Assembly (NCBI RefSeq): GCF_006345805.1
Contig: NC_042997.1
Location: 155,620,001 to 155,684,000 of the forward strand
Source: Octopus sinensis
Taxonomy: Eukaryota
Reading direction: 5' to 3'
DNA length: 64,000 nucleotides
Below the pieces are notes generated by a model. The model was not told where the DNA came from, searched no databases, and worked only from the letters and a program-made list of their open reading frames with translations. The position numbers were made by a program, and so were the translations under genes. Below, piece after piece: positions 1 to 9,370 of this stretch (its first letter is position 1; each line of letters begins with the position of its first letter).

Positions 1-134
1 TTACCACCATGAACCAATATATTGTTTCGAGAATCACTATCATTATCATACCATAGGTAACTATACATATCGGGAGAAAATTGTGTGTGTGTGTGTTGTG
101 TGTGTGTGTGTGTGTGTGCGCGCATGTGTGTGTA

Positions 135-441
135 CAGGGTGCGGTGAATAAATTGTCATCTAATTTATGCGAAAATGAAAATAACACTGACATCTCATTT
201 TAACAGATATATTTACCAAATTTACATAAAAATATCTTGAAATACTAAAGCGTAAATTTATTCAATAAAACCGTCATTGGCTTCAACTGCGGCCTCCAGA
301 TGACTTCAGAATCTCCTGCAACTCTTCTGGGTGGTCTCCTTGTTTAAGTTGGTAAATGCTGCCACAATCCTTGCCTTCAGTTCATCTTTGGTGTTACAAG
401 GAGTTTTGTTGTTCTCTCACTCAGATATGCCTCACACATAA
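135..441 (-). mobile_element. Tc1/mariner-superfamily transposon 3' remnant (transposase C-terminus plus terminal inverted repeat)
   Basis: TA|CAGGGTG terminus at 133-141. Minus-strand translation gives YV*GISE*ENNKTPCNTKDELKARIVAAFTNLNKETTQKSCRRF*SHLEAAVEANDGFIE*, a typical Tc1/maT-like C-terminus with stops. Confidence 0.8.
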
Positions 442-1214
442 TAATTAAGTGCCACTGTATCATTGCTCTCTGCTAGTCCCTGACCTGTGTGTTCCACCCA
501 TACACCCTGTCTCATTGTATCATTGCTATCTGCTAGACCCCAACATGTGTGTTCCACCTACATGTAACAAGAAAGCTTTTCATACACCCTACCCCAACAA
601 ACCAATCTACATCTCTACATCTCTTCTCTTCCTCACATTTCCTCCTTCATACACTATCCCCGCTTCTCACTCCCCAATCCTGTACTCATGGCTCCTCTGT
701 ATCATTGCTATCCTGTGCTCCCCCTCCACTCCATACATACCCAGGTTTTCCTCACACACTTTCCCCCTCCACATGCTTTAGTCATACTTCCTTCATGATA
801 CCCTGCCACTTAGATTATGGCATTTGATCCTCAAGATTATGCCCTACTCAACCATCCCATTTATATTCTGATCCCCATCCCTTCTGGGTATGCCCGGCTC
901 TTTGCCCCCATCTCCATCCTGCTGTCTCCCACTCTCTCTCTCTCACCCTCCTTCTCTTGCACTTCCCTCATGTTGGGTAAACATGTATTTCCTTTGCAGC
1001 AGCACACCTGTTTCTGTCTTCATTCTTGATCTCTCTCTCTTTCTCTCTCCGGCTGGGTAACTTTGTACCTCCTCTACAGCAAGACATCTATTTCTGTCTC
1101 TCTGCCTCACTATAACCTTTCATCATCCAGCATAAGATCACCTTTTCCAAAGTCCCCTCCCCTCTCAAAAAAGTTTTTTTTTTTTGGTCTTTCAAGTTAC
1201 TTGGTGACCCTGTC

Positions 1215-1488
1215 AGTGCAGGTGCCACTTAAAAGCACCCAGTCCACACTGTAAAGTGGTTGGCATTTGGAATAGCATCCAGCTGTAAAAACGTTTACCA
1301 AAACTGACCTCACCTGTGATTGTGCCAAGTAAAAATCACTAAATCCACTCTGCTGATGTAAGGAAAGGTATCCAGCTGTAAAAATCCTGCCAAAACAGTT
1401 ACAGAAGTTTGGTGTAGGCTTCTGCTTGGCCGGCTCTTATCAAACCATCCATGCCAGCATGGAATGCAGACGTTAAATGATGATGATA
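1215..1488 (+). mobile_element. 3'-tail fragment of the RTE LINE family (or RTE-dependent SINE)
   Basis: Ends ccatgccagcatggaatgcagacgttaaatgatgatgat, matching the 3' terminus of the RTE copy at 13280-13335. Confidence 0.75.
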
Positions 1489-1495
1489 ATATATA

Positions 1496-2430
1496 CTGAG
1501 TTGGTAAAAAAGTGCGTAGCATTTTAAAAATAAAATTCATTAACAATGTTTAGATAGTTGTACATACTTTTACTCAACTACATATTTCCCAGGTGAGGTA
1601 GGACATCCCATCCAAGCTGCACCAATTTCTGCCTGGTTTGCAGAGAAATGTGCAGTCTAGCATTGTCCTGATGTAAGATGACACCCTTTCAGTTGGCTAA
1701 TTCTGGAATTACTTCCTTTAATTGGTCTAATTGGAAACAATAATAGTCTGAATTTAACATTTGATTTTGTGCAAGTTGCTCATAATACACAATGTCCTTC
1801 AAATCCCACCAGATAGAGAGCCTCACCTTCTTCGGATACAGACCAGCTTTTGGAGAGACTGAATGCAGTTCATCTCATTTTCCCCAAGACCTTTTTCAAT
1901 TTATGTTGTAAATAATCTATTTCTCATCACACATGATCATTTTTTTCCAAAAATGGATCATTTTTGTTTTATCTGAGCAGAGAATCACAGATGGAAATAC
2001 ACTCTATTAAGCATTTCTTTTTTCCTGGTAAGTTATGAGGCACCCAAACATCATAGAAATTCACATAACTCAGTGTTTTTAAATGTCTTATAACACTCAC
2101 ACAAGATACGTGGAGAATCTCCACATAGTCTTGCATTGTGTGACATGGATTATTTTTTTATTAAAGTCTCAATTTGTTCATTATCAATGACTGTAGGCCT
2201 ACCAGAACAGTCACAATCTTCCAGGTCAAAATTTTCAGTTCTAAACTTAGCAAACTACTTTTAAACAGTACTTTTAGCTAAGACACCATCTCCATAAATG
2301 GAACATATCTTCTTTGCTGTTTGTGCAGAGTTTATTCCTTTCTGAAAATAAAAAAGCATTAAATGTTGAAAATGTGTTTCATTTTCCTTCGTTTAACGTC
2401 CACTTTCCAGTATTTCATTTTCCTTCATTT
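1496..2430 (-). pseudogene. Degenerate near-full-length mariner (DD34D-type) transposase
   Basis: Minus-strand motifs in order: MKENE..HFQHLMLFYF, ICSIYGDGVLAKSTV..FAKFRTENFDLED..SGRP, DPFL..MIMCDEK*I, KAGLYPKKVRLSIWWDLKDIVYYE, GVILHQDNAR..QTRQKLVQLGWDVLPH. There are many stops and frameshifts, and the YSPD region is deleted. TA plus TIR-like end at 1494-1520. Confidence 0.88.
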
Positions 2431-2619
2431 TCAATTTTATCATAAGAACAGTAGAAGTAAATAATCCGCACAAAATTGAAATAGAAAAACGTGTTGGGAT
2501 CTCCTCTTTCAGAAAATATATATATGTCATATGTTCCCGTCACATGATGAAATAGATTACAAGATTAAATATTAACAACTGAAAAATGCTACAAGCTTTT
2601 TCATCAACACAGTGTGTGT

Positions 2620-2700
2620 ACATGTGTGTGTGCATATATATATATATATAGATATAGATATATATATATGTATGTATGTATGTATGTATACATATATATG

Positions 2701-2798
<98 letters not shown>

Positions 2799-2816
2799 TG
2801 TATGTATGTATACATA

Positions 2817-2875
<59 letters not shown>

Positions 2876-2884
2876 GTGTGTGTA

Positions 2885-2977
<93 letters not shown>

Positions 2978-3048
2978 ATATTATATATATATATATATAT
3001 ATACATACATATATATACATATATATATGTATAGATAAATATATATAC

Positions 3049-3079
<31 letters not shown>

Positions 3080-3085
3080 TGTATC
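2620..3085. repeat. Compound microsatellite (TA)n/(GA)n/(TATG)n/(TG)n
   Basis: Directly visible. It explains the low-complexity ORFs 2540-3240. Confidence 0.97.
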
Positions 3086-3467
3086 TCTCTCTATATAAAC
3101 GGCAGTTTGTCTGTGCGTGTTTCTGTGTGTCTGTTTTCTCGTACCCTCACCCTGACCACGGCTTTCAACCGATTCTGATGAAACTTGACACACACATAGC
3201 CCAATGTCATAATTCAAAACTAACGCAGCGAAAATTTTGAAAAGTTCCCCCAGTTCTGAAAAAAATCGATAAATTCGACATGGGGTCGAGAATCAAAAAA
3301 AAACAAACCACAGACTGTCTAGGGGACGCAACTCAACCTTTTTTTACTCTCAAAAAAAAATTTACCATCATTTTTTTTCCATTTGTTTGCTATTTTTTGG
3401 CTATAACTCTCTAAAAAGGCTTTATAGTTATTTCCCTTACAAACCTGAGCAACGCGATACTGCTAGT
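3084..3467 (+). mobile_element. Non-autonomous Helentron/Helitron-type element (HINE/DINE-like)
   Basis: Starts ctctctatataaac followed by a short gtct/gtgt tract and ends aacctgagcaacgcgatactgctagt. The 3' ~130 bp is shared with 28239-28546. Confidence 0.6.
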
Positions 3468-4569
3468 GTATGTATAAATCAAGGGTTGAACAGAAAGAAC
3501 ACAAGGAGAAAACACAGCAACCGGAAATATCCAACAAAAAAAAACATCTCGAAAACTAGACAAGAACATAACAAACGGGAAACTAGACAAAAACAAGATA
3601 CAAGGACCATTTGCAGCTAATTTCCTCATCAGTCAATGTCTAGTATGTCCTAACAGTTTCACACTTTTTAACATTGAGACCACTCTGTTGCAGCAAACGA
3701 ATGTACACAAGAACAAAGAAAAGAACAAAAAAGCTAAAAAAATATGTATATAATATAACATGATGAAATAATAATACAAGTGGCAGCAGTGGCAAGGAGA
3801 AGGAGGAGCTATCACTCAATGTGATCCTTCAACAGGTTAGAAATAGCAACCAAACCCCCTCAGATCAGGCCCTCCTATCTTAAAATAATTATGCGGAAAC
3901 CATTTATGTAGTCTTAGATAAGATGGATGAACAAAAGAGACAGGATAGTCTGTTAATCATAGATCTATTGGATAAGTGAAGGCCAGAAGTTAAATAACAG
4001 TAACAATTTGTGAATACTCAAGCCAACAAGAGATTCACTACTTGGTCAGAGCAATCTGTTTAGAGATAACAGTCAAATTTTCTTCAAATGATACCTTACC
4101 ATTTTAAAAGGAGAAAGATACATTGGAAAATGTATCCAAGATACACAATGTCTTGAGAAAAAAACAGGATAATCAAGACGAGAACACCTCTGATCATAAG
4201 TCTGCTCAAGTAGAGTTGATCAAGGGTAAAAGAAAAAAAACAAATATCTGCATGGTTGTTTGATATGCTGGAAATAGCAGCCAACTCTTCCTCAAGTTGG
4301 GCCTTACAGTATTAAAGGAAGAAGAATACATTGGATAATGTGACTGTAGATAATTTGTATCTGCAAAACAAAACAAAAAGGATGATGATGCTCGTTGCTG
4401 GATTATCTTTGATCATAGATCTACTGAATCAGAGCTGACCTGGGGCTAAACAAAAACAAGAACAGCAATAACAGCAGTATCAACAACAACAACAACCACA
4501 ATATCTTAATAAAAGCTGTGTTGCTTCAAACTCAGTTTGTAAATTATAACCCTTAAACTCTTTCAATAC

Positions 4570-5075
4570 CACATCATCATCATCATCATCATCGTTTAAC
4601 GTCCGTTTTCTATGCTAGCATGGGTTGGACGGTTTGACCAGGGTCTGGGAAGCCAGGAGGCTGCACCAGGCTCCAGTCTGATATGGCAGTGTTTCTACAG
4701 CTGGATGCCCTTCATAACGCCAACCACTCTGTGAGTGTAGTGGGTGCTTTTTACATGCCACCGGCACAGGTGCCAGAGGAGGCTGGCAAATGGCCACGAT
4801 CAGTTGGTGCTTTTAACATGTCGCTAGCACGGGTATCTTTACAATTTCCATTTGATTTTCATTTTGATGTTGGTGTTGATGTACTTGACTCAATAGGTCT
4901 GCTCAAGAACAGCGGGTCACTCTACGATCCAAGGTTAGCACAGCAGGCCGTCCTGCCAGTCATGAACTCACTTCATTTGTTGGGTCTTCACAGTCACAGC
5001 ATATCTCAGAGGTCTCGGTCTTCGTCATTTCCTCTCTGAGGCCCTACGTGCTACCGGCATGGGTATCACAGCAAC
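4570..5075 (-). mobile_element. RTE-family 3' UTR copy
   Basis: (cat)n-cgtttaacgtccgttttctatgctagcatgggttgg is the reverse complement of the RTE 3' terminus. Body shared with 13933-14580 and 53620-54025. Confidence 0.8.
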
Positions 5076-5176
5076 AAGATCCATACATAAATAAACTAAT
5101 TTAATTAATTTTGAAAATAAATCCTTCTACTATAAATGCAAGGCTGGAATTTGGTGGGGGAGATCTAGTTGATTAT

Positions 5177-5502
5177 TTTAAAGACTCCGCCGGTTACGAC
5201 GACGAGGGTCCCAGCTGATACGATCAACGGAACAGCTTGCTCGTGAAATTAACGTGCAAATGGCTGAGCATTCCACAGACACGTGTACCCTTAACGTAGT
5301 TCTCGGGGATAATCAGCGTGACACAGAGAGTGACAAGGCTGACCCTTTGAAATACAAGTACAACTCATTTTTGCCAGCTGAGTGGACTGGAGCAACGTGA
5401 AATAAAGTGTCTTGCTCAAGGACACAACGCGTCGCCGGGAATCGAACTCACAACCTTACGATCATGAGCCGAATGCCCTAACCACTAAGCCACGCGCCCT
5501 CA
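5177..5502 (-). mobile_element. tRNA-derived SINE with 12-bp target-site duplication, nested in an older SINE
   Basis: Minus-strand A box (tggcttagtgg) and B box (gttcgattc), then ccttgagcaagacacttt. TSD ctagttgattat at 5165-5176 and 5503-5514. The flanks 5100-5164 and 5515-5700 belong to another SINE family. Confidence 0.85.
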
Positions 5503-5699
5503 CTAGTTGATTATATCAACCCCAGTGCTCCACTGGTTCTTATTTCATTGACCCCAAAAGGATAAAAGGCAAATTCAGCAGAATTTGTACTTAGAATGTA
5601 AAAACAGATAAAACCAAGATAAGTGTTTTGTCGAGCATGTTAACAATTCTACCAGCTCACCATCCTTTCCAGCTCACAGCCATTTTCAGCTCACCACCT

Positions 5700-5928
5700 T
5701 TAGCCCTTTAGTATTCAGATTACACTGTTAAATGTAATATATTTTTTATTCAAATTGTTTTGAATTCATCAAGCATTATCTTATAGCTTTGAGGTTTCAA
5801 TGATGTGATTGTTTATTTTTAGAATGGCATTGTAGGTTAGGTGTAAAAGGCTAGATATGGCCAGTTTGAATATAAAACATATAGAATATTTGGGCCGGAT
5901 ATGGCCGGTTTAAACACTAAAGGGTTAA
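5700..5928. mobile_element. piggyBac-like MITE
   Basis: Ends ttagccctttagtattca and taaacactaaagggttaa, i.e. TTAA-type target plus CCCTTT TIR. A related copy lies at ~62207-62440. Confidence 0.65.
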
Positions 5929-6505
5929 GGGCTCATCACCTTATTTTTTTAAAATAATAATGCTAAGATTAATTATTTTAATAAATCTTTCTAAATCCTT
6001 GATTATTTTCAAAATTAATTTCAAAATAAATATATGCAATTGGTGTTTGAAATGCAAATTAACAAAATATCTTTACATATAAGTAATTATGATGTATAAT
6101 TTACATTTAAATATAGAACCAGTTTAAAAGCGGATGCTTTGTATCATAAAACTAGGGATGGGCCGAGAGGGTTAGTATAAGGAGGGTTAACAGTATTCAG
6201 TAATTTTATCACATAAAATTGCATGAGTTGTTATTTAGGTTAAAGGATTGGTTCTATGCAACAACCTGATGAAAGGAAAAATTAAAATTATTTGCATCTG
6301 TTATGCCCAATTGAAAACAAAACAAAACAAAACATTAGTAAGTTATTTTTGGCAGAAAATTTGTTATAGGGATCAAGGCACTTATAATATCTTAGATCTT
6401 TTACTCATTTACGTTAATTCCTCCTTCTTTCTTTCCTTTCCTGAGCATCCAATAACACTATACTTGTTCCACGTCCTCTCGTTGTGTTTTCATGTTTGGA
6501 TTAAG

Positions 6506-6540
<35 letters not shown>

Positions 6541-6641
6541 ATAGAACATGCCATTCAAACACTAAGGTTTGAAACAAGATATTACTATATATATATATAT
6601 GCCTAGGTATATATATGTATATATATGTATATGTATATATA

Positions 6642-6682
<41 letters not shown>

Positions 6683-6683
<1 letters not shown>

Positions 6684-8133
6684 ATCAAAATCAAGGAACG
6701 GCCATAAAAGGCCATTCACCCACTAGAAATAACAGCCAAAGCTTCAACCGCAAAACAACATTAATTCCGCAAACCAGGAGAAAATTAAAAAAACATTTAC
6801 CCTGTCGTTTCTTATACGATGCACCGTTTCATCTATTGTTTAATGGTAAACCACCTGATTAAATTAAATCAAGCTAGTCTTCCATAGGCCGATAGATTCG
6901 TCAGTAAGAACAGCCAGATCGGAGCAGATATTTTCACGAGGCACTTCTATCTCTGCCTCGGCAATATCTGACCTAAAATTTTCAAATCATCGCACTCGCG
7001 CCAAATTTATCGGCAGCAAATATAAGCCGCCGATTCCATTACGGAATTAACCAGAAAATTCATAATTAATCAATATAGGGTGGCAAAAAATTTCGTAGAA
7101 TTTTTTTGCCACCAGCGGCCTAGTGGGAAAAAATTAAATAGTCATAGACCATTTATAAATTCAACATCAAAATCAAGGAACGGCCATAAAAGGCCATTCA
7201 CCCACTAGAAATAACAGCCAAAGCTTCAACCGCAAAACAACATTAATTCCGCAAACCAGGAGAAAATTAAAAAAACATTTACCCTGTCGTTTCTTATACG
7301 ATGCACCGTTTCATCTATTGTTTAATGGTAAACCAACCTGATTAAATTAAATCAAGCTAGTCTTCCATAGGCCGATAGATTCGTCAGTAAGAACAGCCAG
7401 ATCGGAGCAGATTTTTCACGAGGCACTTCTATCTCTGTCTCGGCAATATCTGACCTAAAATTTTCAAATCATCGCACTCGCGCCAAATTTATCGCAGCAA
7501 ATATAAGCCGCCGATTCCATTACGGAATTAACCAGAAAATTCATAATTAATCAATATAGGGTGCCAAAAAATTTCGTAGAATTTTTTTGCCACTAGGCCG
7601 CTGGTGGCAAAAAAATTCTACGAAATTTTTTGCCACCCTATATTGATTAATTATGAATTTTCTGGTTAATTCCGTAATGGAATCGGCGGCTTATATTTGC
7701 TGCCGATAAATTTGGCGCGAGTGCGATGATTTGAAAATTTTAGGTCAGATATTGCCGAGACAGAGATAGAAGTGCCTCGTGAAAATATCTGCTCCGATCT
7801 GGCTGTTCTTACTGACGAATCTATCGGCCTATGGAAGACTAGCTTGATTTAATTTAATCAGGTTGGTTTACCATTAAACAATAGATGAAACGGTGCATCG
7901 TATAAGAAACGACAGGGTAAATGTTTTTTTAATTTTCTCCTGGTTTGCGGAATTAATGTTGTTTTGCGGTTGAAGCTTTGGCTGTTATTTCTAGTGGGTG
8001 AATGGCCTTTTATGGCCGTTCCTTGATTTTGATGTTGAATTTATAAATGGTCTATGACTATTTAATTTTTTCCCACTAGGCCGCTGGTGGCAAAAAAATT
8101 CTACGAAATTTTTTGCCACCCTATATTGATTAA
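6683..8133. repeat. 482-bp unit: ~1.9 tandem forward copies followed by ~1.1 inverted copies (large palindrome), in a (TA)n tract
   Basis: catcaaaatcaaggaacggcc occurs at 6683 and 7165. 7591-8133 is the reverse complement of the unit sequence. The copies differ by only a few single-nt changes. Confidence 0.95.
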
Positions 8134-8162
8134 ATATATATATATATATATATATACATATA

Positions 8163-8341
8163 TTGTATTTTAACATGTATAAGGAACCCTTTTTTGTCGA
8201 AAATTAGGTTTAAAAAACATGTAAGTTTCTTATACATGGATAGTATTATAATCCCTTAGAAAACCTTTTTTCCAAATTTTCAGTTCCAAAAGTTAGAGCG
8301 TTTCTTATACATGAGGGTTCCTTATACATGTTAAAATACAG
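8163..8341. mobile_element. Tc1/pogo-type MITE
   Basis: ~28-bp TIRs (t/c)tgtattttaacatgtataaggaaccct / agggttccttatacatgttaaaatacag, flanked by TA at 8161-8162 and 8342-8343. Confidence 0.85.
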
Positions 8342-8368
8342 TATGTGTATGTATATATATATATATAT

Positions 8369-9218
8369 ATCTCCTCCCCATTTACTCGCTACACCTCCAG
8401 AGAAAACACAGATTTTCAAAAATGGCCAGCTAAGTCAACTCTCAACCTGCTCTTTTCATATTTTTAAGCGTTTTGTTTGGATACATTGATCTGTTCCCCT
8501 TTCGTTTCTCTATTCTCTAAACATGGCGTCTTCATGCATTTTTAAAGTTTACCTTTTTTTTTCTTTTTTTTTTTTCAGCGCCATCTCGTTGTTTATTCCA
8601 TTCTCCTCCTTCAAAATATGCCCCCTCGTATCATATATCATATCGTATTTTTTATTATTTATTTATTTTCATTCTCTCTCTGGCTTTCATTCATTTATCT
8701 AATTATTTTTCCCCTCAAATATAGTATTCAAACTAGTTGCTTCGATTTTCTCTCTCTCTCTCTCTCTCTCCCCTCGTGTTCCCGACCCCCTCCACACACA
8801 CAAATCCCTAATTCCCTTATAAAAGCCAGTGGGCGATCGTATCTCCTCCTCATTTACTCGCTACACCTCCAGAGAAAACACGGATTTTCAAAAATGGCCA
8901 GCTAAGTCAACTCTCAACCTGCTCTTTTCATATTTTTAAGCGTTTTGTTTGGATACCTTGATCTGTTCCCCTTTCGTTTCTCTATTCTCTAAACATGGCG
9001 TCTTCATGCATTTTTAAAGTTTACCTTTTTTTTTTTTTTCAGCACCATCTTCGTTGTTTATTCCATTCTCCTCCTTCAAAATATGCCCCCTCGTATCATA
9101 TATCATATCGTATTTTTTTATTATTTATTTATTTTCATTCTCTCTCTGGCTTTCATTCATTTATCTAATTATTTTTCCCCTCAAATATAGTATTCAAACT
9201 AGTTGCTTCGATTTTCTC
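8369..9218. repeat. Tandem duplication (~380 bp shared, period ~472 bp) of an unclassified repeat
   Basis: atctcctcc(c/t)catttactcgctacacc...gcttcgattttctc occurs at 8369-8752 and 8841-9218. Confidence 0.9.
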
Positions 9219-9370
9219 GCCCGCCCTCCCACCCCCTCCACCAATACCGGAAGTTTCTACCCAAATACCGGAAACTACCCCCTCCCCCACTAGCACCTAT
9301 GTAGGGTTTATCTGATCATATAGCGCAAAAAATTGTGAAACGTATGCAGGTTGTAGTCTAGTGTTTCCAT

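Noticed and set aside
449-1060. ORFs 449-1029 and a ~58-bp degenerate repeat (tgtatcattgct..tgtgtgttccacc)
   Set aside because: Pyrimidine-rich low-complexity sequence with no recognisable domain. It is probably a decayed repeat that I cannot classify.
2540-3240. Long YI/CV/HT-rich ORFs in all frames (also 19531-19980, 39779-41759 and others)
   Set aside because: They are translations of dinucleotide and tetranucleotide microsatellites, not proteins.
5430-5502. tRNA-Met-like sequence (CAT loop) and other tRNA-like heads (15886, 26155, 37540)
   Set aside because: The acceptor and anticodon stems pair poorly and each continues into a SINE body, so these are SINE heads, not tRNA genes.
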